A DNA stretch of 64,000 nucleotides from Candidatus Parcubacteria bacterium (GCA_037076615.1 AP029158.1:397337-461336); one strand, 5' to 3'; counted from the stretch's first letter, positions 1 to 8,472 are shown. Notes: a model not told the origin generated them from the letters alone. A program made the numbers and translations.

Positions 1-76
1 GAAGACATAATTATAATTTTTAGTTGTCTTTATTCTAGCATTTAAGAAATAAAAAGCAAAAAAACTAACCACAAAA

Positions 77-104
77 AGACCCTCCCGAAGGAGGGTCTTT
101 TTAT
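77..104. terminator. Intrinsic terminator downstream of the large surface-protein gene: stem AGACCCTCC/GGAGGGTCT with a T-run
   Basis: A perfect 9-bp GC-rich inverted repeat at 77-98 is followed by TTTTTATT. On the minus strand the hairpin is likewise followed by a T-run. Confidence 0.6.
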
Positions 105-146
105 TGTCCAATTACGGACGACACTCTAGTCTAAACTTAGAAAAGT

Positions 147-3100
147 TTATTGAGCAAGAGTGAAGGTTGTGCCTGTTAACTCAGCAATGTGTGTACCATC
201 AATCTGAGTGTCAGTATTAAGAATAGTGCCATCATTCCAGGCCCAACCAGTGTTTACAAGACTTAAGCCAAAGTAGGCAGTACCTGTAGTTGGAATACCA
301 GTGGCGGTGTTAGCATAAACCACGAAGGTTTTTGCTGCACCCTTGTCAATGGTAACCACATCGTTAAAGGTTACGGCCATATTAGTGGAAGTTGCGAGGG
401 TTGTAGTACCCAAAACTGTTCCTAAATCAGTGGCATCAACAATCTGTAAACTACTGCCAGTTGCAAAACTAGTGTAGTTAGAGCTCAACTTAAAGACAAC
501 TGTCTTTAAGTTTACAAGGCTGTTTCCAGCCGCAGTAACTGTAAAGCGCATCACCTCAGTCTTGTCACCAATCTTTAAAGTGGTGTCAGTGTAATTAGAT
601 GCATCAACAACAGCTGGGTAAGAAGCGACTAATCTCATCTCCTTAGAGGCAATACCAGTGGCTAAAGACTCGTCATGTTGAGTGCCATTAACAGTGTACT
701 TGTAGCCCGCCAATTCAAAGTTCTGGTCGGCACCAGTACTAACGCCACCCTGACCGGCAGAGGTAACATTGTTGTAAACAGCTTTTACTTCAATGTTAGC
801 GCCTTGTAGACCAGCAGGGATTCTGATGTTTAAGCCAGAAACAGTAGCTGTACTACTAGCAACATTAGTACTACTAGCAATAACAGGTACGCTTACACCA
901 TTAACGATAATTTGGCTGATACCATCAGTAACGCTAGCAAAACTTAATTCGTTGATGTAGGCATCCGCATTGTTAGCAACAAACTTGTAGTTAGCTGCTG
1001 TTGCAGTGGAACCGCCAAGAACGAAGAAAGAGTTAGGAGTAGAAGCTAAGGAAGGAGTACCTAAACTACCAGTTTTAACAGTCATAGTTTGACCATTAAC
1101 GCTTGTAGTAATACCACTATTATTAGTTTTATCGGTGCGATATGTGACAGACATGGTGGTATTAAACTCATCATCATTATCTAACTCATTAAGGTCGGCA
1201 TAGACATCAACAATTTTGTTACCATTAGCTGCAATAGCTAAATTAACATTAAAGTCGTTAGTTGTCTGTGGCTGTACTGGAGTTTCGTTCTCGCTAATGT
1301 ATAAGTTAGAGATGTTGTCCATGAACACATCACTGGTTGTAGCTAAACCAACTTTGATGTTAGAGATAACTACACCTTCAGCAGAGCCTGCGGACAAGAT
1401 GTAAGAGCCAATCTTAACCTTTTGGCTATTCTTGGATACATTCATGTTCTGCAAAGCGCTGTTCATAGCTACTTTAACATTACCAGAGGTAATATTTAAA
1501 GTTTTGTTGCCAGAAACAGTAACAGTAACAGAATTAAAAGAAGTTACACCTTCAGCAGATCCATCTTCAATTTCAGCAGTAACCGATTTAACTGTCGTAT
1601 CAGAATCAAGATTTAATGAGCCACGGACTTCAACAGTAACTTGTTTTCCAGCCTCAATAGTGAAGAGATTGCTGGAACCAAAATCAAAATCCTTGTTAAC
1701 TACATTACTAGTTGTCGCATAGGATTGAGAGGAACCAACTTGGGTGCCATCTACATAGATAGCAACATCATTAATTCCTTCTGATGCAATTCCAGTTTTC
1801 CCTGTTAATAAAACATTAGCTTTTAAAGTGTTGATTTTAACATCTTCACCCCAAGCCTTCATAGTATAACGAACTAAGGTAGCGTTAGAAGCTGTCTTAA
1901 CAACTTCAGTTGCACTATAGGTAGAATCCAATGACACAGATAAAGAGCCAGAACTAATCTCTCGGCTGGCCATATTCATATCAGTAATGGTGGCAACCGG
2001 AGTAACATTAATATTGTAATTAGTGTCAGTAAATACTACGTTAACTTTCGTTTGCATTTGGAAGCTGAAAGTGCGTGAAGAACCTTTTACAATATCAGCC
2101 TTAACCTCAATAAAGTGATCACCGGTGTTCATGCGGTAAGCCTTAGAAAGATCAAAGACTAATTTGTTATCAACAAAAGTACCATCACCAGCTTTAACAC
2201 CATCAACATAAATAGCGAAGTTCGCTAAATCGTCTTTTTGAATGGAACCAACTTGTTGTAAAGCTAAATACTTAAAGTCAACTGGCTTTTGAGTAACTTT
2301 AACTTTAGCATCCCAAATAACAGCATTCATACTACCAGCTTTAATTTCAGTAGTAGGCATACTGCCTTTTGTTAAGGTAACAACAGACATATCGGTTGGT
2401 GCCTTAAATAAAGACATGGTGTTTCCAGTGATTGGGAAAGAACCATTAACAGTTGCACCAGTAGAAACAACATCAGTAGCCGCTGCTAAAGATAAACCAA
2501 TATTACCAGATTGAGCAGCACCATCAATATTAGCTTTTACTGTCAAAGTCTTAGTTTGACCAGCTGGGATAGTTACCAAGCTAGCACCAGAGAAATTGAT
2601 ATAGCCGTTGCTCATGGAAGAGACGTCGGTCAAGCGGGTATTACCATCATAAAGATAAGCCTCGGCAATAGTAGAGTCAGAAGCAAAGCCAGTCTTCTTG
2701 AATTTGATGGACTTTAAAGTAACCGCTCCGTCATTAGCGGCAGTTAAGTTAACCGAAACTAATGGAGCTAAAGCTTGGCCACCAACTAAGGAGGCTGCCG
2801 CCGGAGTCGCGGAAGACAAAGAAACGGTCACACCGGAAGCGGTTGTTACCGGACCGGTAGCGTTCTGAGCGTCATAAGCGAACTCGTTGTTGCTAATTGC
2901 ATTAGCCTTGGGAGTAATTTCCTTAGAAAGGGTAATTACATCGTTAAAGCTAAAACGATTGGCGTAGAAAGCGCTCTCGGATGCTACTGCGCGATAGTTA
3001 GTACCATCGAAGTAGTAAACGGTAGCGTCATCAGATTTCTTAACTAAAGTACCGGCAGCAATTTCGCCAGAGGCTAAAGGCTGACCAATGGTGTAGTTAG

Positions 3101-3539
3101 TGAAGAAGGAATCAGCAACGTCAACCACTCTCTTGGCCCAGTTAGGACCATAGGTAGCGATAGCGTCGGATTCACTTTGGATTTTGCGTAAAACGCCATT
3201 TGGTTCAACAGCGTATACGGAAGGATCGGTGGTAATCTTCACAAGTTTGGTACCCGGTCTCATGGTGACGTTTGCCCCTAGAGGGTAGCTCTGTAATTCG
3301 GAAGCCGATACAGTTACTACACCACTGAAGTCACGATGCCAAGAGAAGAATACGCTCTCGTGAGGATATACATATCTTTTACTGTCCTTGCCTAAGAAAT
3401 AAACGGTGGAAAGACCGTCCATCTTAATCAGGTCACCAGCTTGAGGAGTTGCTGCGTGAGCAAAACTTCCAAAGCCTAGCATTACTGCTAAAGTCATGAC
3501 CATTACGCTGGCAGTAAAGATTTTGCGTAATTTGTTCAT
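147..3539 (-). CDS. Large secreted cell-surface protein, 1130 aa, Thr/Ser/Asn/Val-rich, predicted beta-rich adhesin or S-layer-like protein
   Basis: Uninterrupted ORF. The N-terminus MNKLRKIFTASVMVMTLAVMLGFGSFAHA is a classical signal peptide. After it come three copies of a ~50-aa repeat module, then long low-complexity T/S/V/N-rich sequence typical of surface proteins. Confidence 0.75.
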   Translation of the reverse strand: MNKLRKIFTASVMVMTLAVMLGFGSFAHAATPQAGDLIKMDGLSTVYFLGKDSKRYVYPHESVFFSWHRDFSGVVTVSASELQSYPLGANVTMRPGTKLVKITTDPSVYAVEPNGVLRKIQSESDAIATYGPNWAKRVVDVADSFFTNYTIGQPLASGEIAAGTLVKKSDDATVYYFDGTNYRAVASESAFYANRFSFNDVITLSKEITPKANAISNNEFAYDAQNATGPVTTASGVTVSLSSATPAAASLVGGQALAPLVSVNLTAANDGAVTLKSIKFKKTGFASDSTIAEAYLYDGNTRLTDVSSMSNGYINFSGASLVTIPAGQTKTLTVKANIDGAAQSGNIGLSLAAATDVVSTGATVNGSFPITGNTMSLFKAPTDMSVVTLTKGSMPTTEIKAGSMNAVIWDAKVKVTQKPVDFKYLALQQVGSIQKDDLANFAIYVDGVKAGDGTFVDNKLVFDLSKAYRMNTGDHFIEVKADIVKGSSRTFSFQMQTKVNVVFTDTNYNINVTPVATITDMNMASREISSGSLSVSLDSTYSATEVVKTASNATLVRYTMKAWGEDVKINTLKANVLLTGKTGIASEGINDVAIYVDGTQVGSSQSYATTSNVVNKDFDFGSSNLFTIEAGKQVTVEVRGSLNLDSDTTVKSVTAEIEDGSAEGVTSFNSVTVTVSGNKTLNITSGNVKVAMNSALQNMNVSKNSQKVKIGSYILSAGSAEGVVISNIKVGLATTSDVFMDNISNLYISENETPVQPQTTNDFNVNLAIAANGNKIVDVYADLNELDNDDEFNTTMSVTYRTDKTNNSGITTSVNGQTMTVKTGSLGTPSLASTPNSFFVLGGSTATAANYKFVANNADAYINELSFASVTDGISQIIVNGVSVPVIASSTNVASSTATVSGLNIRIPAGLQGANIEVKAVYNNVTSAGQGGVSTGADQNFELAGYKYTVNGTQHDESLATGIASKEMRLVASYPAVVDASNYTDTTLKIGDKTEVMRFTVTAAGNSLVNLKTVVFKLSSNYTSFATGSSLQIVDATDLGTVLGTTTLATSTNMAVTFNDVVTIDKGAAKTFVVYANTATGIPTTGTAYFGLSLVNTGWAWNDGTILNTDTQIDGTHIAELTGTTFTLAQ

Positions 3540-3868
3540 AATTAATTAATTTTTAAGATATTATCAATCCGGACATTAGTCAGAATTAATAATTTCTTTG
3601 GAGATTCGGTTCAAGCGTCAATCGGAGAGATTCCAAATCGTAAATCGATCGGAATCCCGCTTCCCTAAGTGACTAAGCCACCTAGCGAAAAGCTAAATCG
3701 ATCTACTTTCTGTCTTCTGTCTGATCGTTGCTTCTCGCCGAATCATAAGAATTTATAAGAACGAAAACCGTCCTTGCGGACTCGACCCTTTAAGGGCTCT
3801 CGTTGACCTTGTTTAAAGTTTCCTTTAAAGCCGGTCTGTTAATTTATCTCTGATTATCCAACCGGATC

Positions 3869-3896
3869 AGACGACGAATCTTCCGAAAGGGTTCTC
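3869..3896 (-). promoter_or_regulatory. Candidate ECF-type promoter (GAGAACC-N17-CGTCT on the minus strand), about 330 nt upstream of the surface-protein start codon
   Basis: The motif was read directly on the reverse complement of 3869-3896. It resembles the GGAAC-N16/17-CGTC architecture of ECF-sigma promoters. Nothing confirms it experimentally. Confidence 0.2.
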
Positions 3897-3944
3897 TAGC
3901 CAAGAGATAAACTAACAGACAGGATTTAAGGCCTGCTATATATA

Positions 3945-4805
3945 TTAAGGTAGGGGCTCTGAAGTGCTCGCTTCCCCTAACTCAACTTTTGGAGTGCTAG
4001 TTTCGATTTGTGGCACTTCAGGAGCTTTAACTTCTTCTTTAGCCGGCACTAAAGTACCAAGTAAGGCGCCAGCTTCCTTATATTTCTTTTCATTAAATAA
4101 AGTTTCCGCTTGTTCAATAATTTTAGTCGGTGAATTTGTGTCTGATTTTACATTTTCTGTTTCCGCCAAACTAACCGAGATGCCGTCTTCCCCTTTTTCT
4201 AAGTTAGCACTAAAAACATCTTCAGCGACCACTTCCGCAACCGGAGCTTGGCTCTCAACATTACTGGTCTCCGGAGCTAAAGCCACCGAAACGCTATTGT
4301 CCTCTTCCCAACGGGAAGCCACTTCTTTCATGGTATTTAATTCCTTGGTAAATTTCTCGGTCAAATCAGAACGAGTCTCTTCATCAATAGACTCCTCTTC
4401 CGATAAAACGGTAACAATATTTTGCGCCTTAGAAGCAGCAAATTGACTGGCGAGCTCATCCTTAGCTTTTCCACCCCGCATGGTGTTAAGTTTTACCTGC
4501 TCGGAAAGTTCACGGGCAATATATAAGGAATCAGTCGGCTTGGTGTCGGAAAATAATAAATGACTGTAAGTCATCGCTGATCCTAAAAATAAAACCAAAG
4601 AGCCAAGCACGGCCGCCGGAACGGAAACACCTCTTAAAACACTTTTAAAATTAATAACAAAAGAACTCCACGGAGAAAGCTCTTTCCCCCCGGAGTTTGA
4701 AATTTGGGCAAACAAAGAATCGCGGTTGCTTTTAAGCCACTGCGTGTCTGGTTGAATATCTTCTTTAAGTGATTTTAGTGAGTTAAATAATTCTTTATCA
4801 GTCAT
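3945..4805 (-). CDS. Putative membrane-anchored anti-sigma factor
   Basis: Lies immediately downstream of the ECF sigma gene. It has a ~50-aa N-terminal cytoplasmic segment, a single transmembrane helix (VPAAVLGSLVLFLGSAMTY) and an acidic extracytoplasmic C-terminal domain. This is the usual sigma/anti-sigma gene pairing. Confidence 0.5.
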   Translation of the reverse strand: MTDKELFNSLKSLKEDIQPDTQWLKSNRDSLFAQISNSGGKELSPWSSFVINFKSVLRGVSVPAAVLGSLVLFLGSAMTYSHLLFSDTKPTDSLYIARELSEQVKLNTMRGGKAKDELASQFAASKAQNIVTVLSEEESIDEETRSDLTEKFTKELNTMKEVASRWEEDNSVSVALAPETSNVESQAPVAEVVAEDVFSANLEKGEDGISVSLAETENVKSDTNSPTKIIEQAETLFNEKKYKEAGALLGTLVPAKEEVKAPEVPQIETSTPKVELGEASTSEPLP

Positions 4806-4837
4806 ACACTATAGTATACGGCTGGCGACGCCAATCG

Positions 4838-5467
4838 TTACAGTTTTAGGGTGGGCTGTTTAGGAGTCTTCCCGCCGGATTTTTTCCCACCTTTTTCTTC
4901 AGGCGGCAACATTTTCTTTAGAGCGACAATAGAGCGATGAATTAAGACGCGCACATTGCCGCGCGTCTTGCCGGTCGCTTCCACAATTTCATCAATTTCT
5001 AAATCATTGATAAAACGCAAAACGATAATTTCTCGGTATTCATCTTTTAGTAAAGGCAACTTACTCTTAATAAGAGACAAGCGCCGATTTTTTTCAGCTG
5101 CTTCCGGTAAATCAATGGTCTCATCGGGCAGGTCTAAAGGATTGTTTTCATCATCTAAAGAAAGATCGCGCTTGTGGCCGCTCTCGCGGTAGTAATCAAT
5201 AATGGAAGTGCGCGCAATGCGATACAATAAACCCCGCAGAGTTTTCGCATCTGTTAGGCTATTGGTCTGGATATGATTCCAGGTTTTTAGAAAAATAATC
5301 GAGGTTAGATCTTTCGCTTCTTCAGTGCGACCAACCTTAAAATAGGCAAAGCGATAAATATCGGCCGCTTGTTCATCGTACAGTTTAATGAAGGCTTCTT
5401 TATCCTTATTCTTTAAGCGGCTGATTGTCTGCTGATCTTTAATTTTTCGACCAAAGGGTTTAGGCAT
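4838..5467 (-). CDS. ECF-family (sigma-70 regions 2 and 4) RNA polymerase sigma factor
   Basis: 209 aa. A region-2-like segment (DIYRFAYFKVGRTEEAKDLTSIIFLKTW ... ARTSIIDYYR) and a region-4 HTH (EIIVLRFINDLEIDEIVEATGKTRGNVRVLIHRSIVALKK) are recognisable. Confidence 0.8.
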   Translation of the reverse strand: MPKPFGRKIKDQQTISRLKNKDKEAFIKLYDEQAADIYRFAYFKVGRTEEAKDLTSIIFLKTWNHIQTNSLTDAKTLRGLLYRIARTSIIDYYRESGHKRDLSLDDENNPLDLPDETIDLPEAAEKNRRLSLIKSKLPLLKDEYREIIVLRFINDLEIDEIVEATGKTRGNVRVLIHRSIVALKKMLPPEEKGGKKSGGKTPKQPTLKL

Positions 5468-5626
5468 TTTTGTAATTTAGCAAAAATAAAAGGGTTATAC
5501 CCTTCAAAAAAATCTCGCAAATTGTTTCTCCAGATTATCATAGTGAGGCAAGAAAAGCAAGAATTAAAAGTGGAAAAGCCTAGGAAATAGTTTAGAAAAA
5601 GGACTAAGAAAAGGGTCGCAAAAATG

Positions 5627-5754
5627 GCTTAATAAAAACTGAAGATTGGGAGTAATGTCTGGCCAAGCCCCTCCCCGCAAGCGCCTGCTTAATAAAAACT
5701 AAAGATTGCCAAAAAAGGTTTTCCGTGTTCTACCTTAATAAAAGCTAAAGACTG
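5627..5754. repeat. Three direct repeats of a ~22-bp unit (GCTTAATAAAAACTRAAGATTG) at 5627, 5687 and 5733, plus a partial inverted copy at 5761-5770
   Basis: Read directly. Copies 1 and 2 are identical at 21 of 22 positions and copy 3 is degenerate. Spacings are 60 and 46 bp. The repeats lie in the divergent intergenic region between the ECF sigma gene and the HTH gene. Confidence 0.6.
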
Positions 5755-5796
5755 GCTTTTCAATCTTTAGAAAAAATTAAGCAGCGGCTATTTTGG

Positions 5797-5832
5797 TCTA
5801 CTTAAGTCTACTCTATCCTGGACTTAAGTAGA
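5797..5832. promoter_or_regulatory. 12-bp perfect inverted repeat TCTACTTAAGTC / GACTTAAGTAGA. Each arm contains the palindromic 8-mer ACTTAAGT. Candidate operator
   Basis: Arms at 5797-5808 and 5821-5832 are exact reverse complements, separated by 12 nt. A third copy of ACTTAAGT sits at 5919-5926, 5 nt upstream of the HTH gene ATG. Confidence 0.45.
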
Positions 5833-5931
5833 TAATTTAAGGTCTAAAGAATTATAATAGCTCTGATCGGAATACGCTTGACTTTATAATTTTAATACTT
5901 TAGTCTAAGGTATAGTGGACTTAAGTCAGAT

Positions 5932-6210
5932 ATGAAGACAAAGAAAAACATCCAAAAACCCCTGTGGTTCTCCGTCTCGGCTTCCGCCAATTTAGGCGGC
6001 GTCGACCCTAAAACCATCCGTCGGGCTATTAAAAAATCGCCTGATTTAAAATACAAAATTATCAACGATCGCTATCGTATTGAACTCGGCTCCCTGCTCC
6101 GTTATCTAAATGCCAACCGGAAGTTAAAAAATAAATTATACGAGCAGGGCTTAGGGCAATATTACCATAACTGGGAAACGGTCATTGAATCCGATTCCGA
6201 ACTTGGATAA
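5932..6210 (+). CDS. Small helix-turn-helix DNA-binding protein (excisionase/HTH_17-like)
   Basis: 92 aa. LWFSVSASANLGGVDPKTIRRAIKK ... KYKIINDRYRIELGSLLRYL matches the MerR-like/excisionase HTH followed by a winged beta-hairpin. Confidence 0.5.
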   Translation: MKTKKNIQKPLWFSVSASANLGGVDPKTIRRAIKKSPDLKYKIINDRYRIELGSLLRYLNANRKLKNKLYEQGLGQYYHNWETVIESDSELG

Positions 6211-6228
6211 TAAAATTAAGCCAATAAA

Positions 6229-6260
6229 AAAACCACCCGATTCCGAAGGTGGTTTTTTTG
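6229..6260. terminator. Bidirectional intrinsic terminator between the HTH gene and hup
   Basis: AACCACC-cgattccgaa-GGTGGTT hairpin flanked by an A-run upstream and a T-run downstream. Confidence 0.6.
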
Positions 6261-6273
6261 TTTGATTTTTGAA

Positions 6274-6555
6274 TTAAAGAATAGCGTCCTTAACTGCCTT
6301 GGAGAGACGGAACTTAACCACGGTCTTAGCCGGGATCTTGATCGTTTCTCCAGTAGCTGGGTTTCGTCCTTCGCGAGCTTTGCGCTTAGCTTTTACTAAC
6401 TTACCGAAACCAGGGACGATGCATTCTCCGCTTTTCTTTACTTCTTTGTAAACCATTTCGGAGTACACATCAAGGAAGTTAGAAACTTCTTTTTTGGAAG
6501 AACCAAGTTCTTCAGCTAAACTAGCGACCATTTTCGCTTTAGTCATTTTTGGCAT
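6274..6555 (-). CDS. hup: HU-family nucleoid DNA-binding protein
   Basis: 93 aa. MVASLAEELGSSKKEVSNFLDVYSEMVYKEVKKSGECIVPGFGKLVKAKRKAREGRNPATGETIKIPAKTVVKFRLSKAVKD is a canonical HU/IHF fold sequence. Confidence 0.9.
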   Translation of the reverse strand: MPKMTKAKMVASLAEELGSSKKEVSNFLDVYSEMVYKEVKKSGECIVPGFGKLVKAKRKAREGRNPATGETIKIPAKTVVKFRLSKAVKDAIL

Positions 6556-6666
6556 ATTTACATGGGGCGGAAACGACTAAGAAAAGTCTTAACCGTTTTT
6601 GCCTAAATTATTTTTGGTTAGTCCGCCAGCTTAGGCACCGACGCGATTAACCTTATTAATAGCATC

Positions 6667-6695
6667 ATTGTAGCACATTAGAAAAATTATGCCAA
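6667..6695 (-). promoter_or_regulatory. Sigma-70-type promoter for hup (TTGGCA-N17-TGtgcTACAAT, extended -10)
   Basis: Read on the minus strand: -35 at 6695-6690 and -10 TACAAT at 6672-6667, with a TG two positions upstream. Confidence 0.4.
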
Positions 6696-6722
6696 CAAAT
6701 CAGGGGGCTTTCCAAGAACCGT

Positions 6723-7445
6723 CTAGACAATCCTTTTTTTTCGCAAATATTTTTGCCGTTTAACTTCTGATAAATGCTCAATAGAATAACGCAACATTGT
6801 GCGCGGCATCCGCGCCGCATACTTATCTAAAAAATCTAGAAGAACTTTTCGATCGCGCTTCCCCACTTCGCGCAGCATCCAACCGCTGGCCTTATGAATT
6901 AAATCTTCAGGCGCGCTCAAGAAAATTTTAACTAATTCTAAAGTTGGTTGAAACTCACCATCATTAATAAAAGTTAAAGTGGCGACAATGGCGGAGCGCC
7001 GGTCCCAAAGATTAGGGCTTTGACTTAAAAAAATTAACAGTTGTCGTTCCGTGGGATAGTCACGCAAGTAAGCGCCTAAAATTTTGGGCGCTGACAAATC
7101 AACTAAATCCCAATTATTAATCTGCGGCCGGTGTCGCCAATACCAACGGACAATTTTTTTCTGCTCGGAAAATTTTTTCGCTTGCTCATAATGATTGACG
7201 GCAATAAAAAGAGCAATCAAGCGCAGTTCATGAACCGGTGAAGAAATTAATTCACTTAACTCAGCTAAAGAAAGATCGGAAAATTGTTTGGCAATTTGAC
7301 GCGAAGTCGGCACCTTGAGGCCCCAAAAAATATCGCCCTCGCCGTATTGCCCCGGACCGGTTTTAAAAAAGCTTTGTAAAATTTTCGCTTGCTCGGGCGA
7401 GGCCAACTTTTTTACGGTCGCAGTTATTTTTTTTACTTTGTCCAT
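6723..7445 (-). CDS. DNA alkylation repair protein (AlkD/AlkC-like HEAT-repeat glycosylase family)
   Basis: 240 aa all-helical protein with the family's size and the W..RR motif (NLWDRRSAIVATLTF). Confidence 0.55.
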   Translation of the reverse strand: MDKVKKITATVKKLASPEQAKILQSFFKTGPGQYGEGDIFWGLKVPTSRQIAKQFSDLSLAELSELISSPVHELRLIALFIAVNHYEQAKKFSEQKKIVRWYWRHRPQINNWDLVDLSAPKILGAYLRDYPTERQLLIFLSQSPNLWDRRSAIVATLTFINDGEFQPTLELVKIFLSAPEDLIHKASGWMLREVGKRDRKVLLDFLDKYAARMPRTMLRYSIEHLSEVKRQKYLRKKRIV

Positions 7446-7446
7446 A

Positions 7447-7905
7447 TTAGTAATGATAAGTTTTATTAGCCTTGATCGTCGCCGCTCGATAAAGCTGTTC
7501 TAATAAGACCACGCGCGCTAACTCATGCGGCATCGTGAGTGGTGATAAAGATAGGCGCTTATAGTTTTTGGCAAAATCGTCCGGCCACCCCAAGGCGCCG
7601 GCGATTACCAAAACTAAAGGCTGGGAGCAAAGCTCGGTAAAACTCGGCGTGTCATAAAGACGACCGTGTTCACTTAATAAATAAACATTTTCTTTCGGGT
7701 AAGAAGACAGGGCTGCTTCTAAAGAATCCTTCAGTTTTTCTTGAGACTTTTTTCGACTTCCCGCTTGCTCGGAAAAAGGGAAAGCTGGCAGTTCAATAAT
7801 TTTTAAGCGCGCATAAGGACCGAGGCGCTGTTGGTATTGACTAGCTAAGGTCTTAAGGGTTGGTTCTTTTAGAGAACCGACCGTGATTAAGGTTAGATTT
7901 AACAT
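7447..7905 (-). CDS. rlmH: 23S rRNA (pseudouridine1915-N3)-methyltransferase RlmH (SPOUT family)
   Basis: 152 aa. The C-terminal LTMPHELARVVLLEQLYRAATIKANKTYHY matches the RlmH signature (L.LPH.L.RV...E.LYRA..I..N.PYH). Confidence 0.85.
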   Translation of the reverse strand: MLNLTLITVGSLKEPTLKTLASQYQQRLGPYARLKIIELPAFPFSEQAGSRKKSQEKLKDSLEAALSSYPKENVYLLSEHGRLYDTPSFTELCSQPLVLVIAGALGWPDDFAKNYKRLSLSPLTMPHELARVVLLEQLYRAATIKANKTYHY

Positions 7906-7939
7906 ATTATTATTTTAGCAGACGGGGGCAATTTTACAC

Positions 7940-7968
7940 TTGCCCCTTTAAAGGTGTTCCGATACAAT
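7940..7968 (+). promoter_or_regulatory. Sigma-70-type promoter for mscL (TTGCCC-N17-TACAAT). The -35 overlaps a GGGGCAA/TTGCCCC hairpin at 7925-7946
   Basis: Read directly. Spacer is 17 nt. Confidence 0.4.
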
Positions 7969-8031
7969 TACATTATACTCTATCTTACTTCAATTTTTCC
8001 TCAAGATTTTTTTAAACTTAATAATATATTT

Positions 8032-8451
8032 ATGAAAAAACTTCTCCAAGAGTTTCGCGATTTCGCCATGAAAGGCAATGTGATTGATTTAGCCGTCGCG
8101 GTTGTCATTGGTGGTGCCTTTGGTAAAATTGTTAGCTCCTTAGTAGCTGACATTATTACTCCTTTTATCAGTTTATTAAGCGCGGGCGGCTCTTTAGCGG
8201 AGTGGACAATCACCTTAAGAAAGGCGAGTGAGACCGCCGAAGCGGTCACTCTAAATACTGGTCTCTTCCTACAAAACATTGTTGACTTCCTAATTATTGC
8301 CGGCTCTATTTTCTTAGTGATCAAATTAGCTAACAAATTTAAAGAACCGTTCAGGAAAAAAGAAGAAGCTGAGGTTCAAGAAGAAAAACCAGCCCCTTTA
8401 ACAAAAGATCAAGAATTATTACTGGAAATTAGAGATTTATTAAAGAAATAA
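8032..8451 (+). CDS. mscL: Large-conductance mechanosensitive channel MscL
   Basis: MKKLLQEFRDFAMKGNVIDLAVAVVIGGAFGKIVSSLVADIITP is the conserved MscL N-terminus and TM1. The track ORF begins at 7954, but the ATG at 8032 matches the family N-terminus. Confidence 0.9.
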   Translation: MKKLLQEFRDFAMKGNVIDLAVAVVIGGAFGKIVSSLVADIITPFISLLSAGGSLAEWTITLRKASETAEAVTLNTGLFLQNIVDFLIIAGSIFLVIKLANKFKEPFRKKEEAEVQEEKPAPLTKDQELLLEIRDLLKK

Positions 8452-8472
8452 TAAAAAAAATAGCTTACAAAA

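Noticed and set aside
1216-2717. Plus-strand ORFs 1216-1404, 1432-1722 and 2511-2717 inside the surface-protein gene
   Set aside because: They are antisense to a long, well-supported minus-strand ORF. They are low-complexity mirror translations of Thr/Ser/Val-rich codons.
3540-3944. Possible tmRNA, RNase P RNA or SRP RNA in the 400-nt gap
   Set aside because: I found no tag-peptide ORF ending in ...AA-stop, no GGUUCGAnUCC T-arm with CCA, and neither the RNase P P4 consensus nor the SRP RNA domain IV motif on either strand. The region is kept only as an unexplained leader.
3964-4446. Plus-strand 160-aa ORF antisense to the anti-sigma candidate
   Set aside because: It overlaps the co-oriented sigma/anti-sigma operon on the opposite strand and is a Ser/Ala-rich mirror-frame artefact.
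5627-5770. Three ~22-24-bp direct repeats, with 36- and 22-bp spacers between them, superficially like a tiny CRISPR array
   Set aside because: The repeats are degenerate, the spacing is irregular, there are only 2-3 units, and no cas genes are present. They sit in a divergent promoter region, so operator or iteron sites are far more likely.
8001-8336. 111-aa minus-strand ORF antisense to mscL
   Set aside because: It lies inside the highly conserved mscL coding region on the opposite strand.
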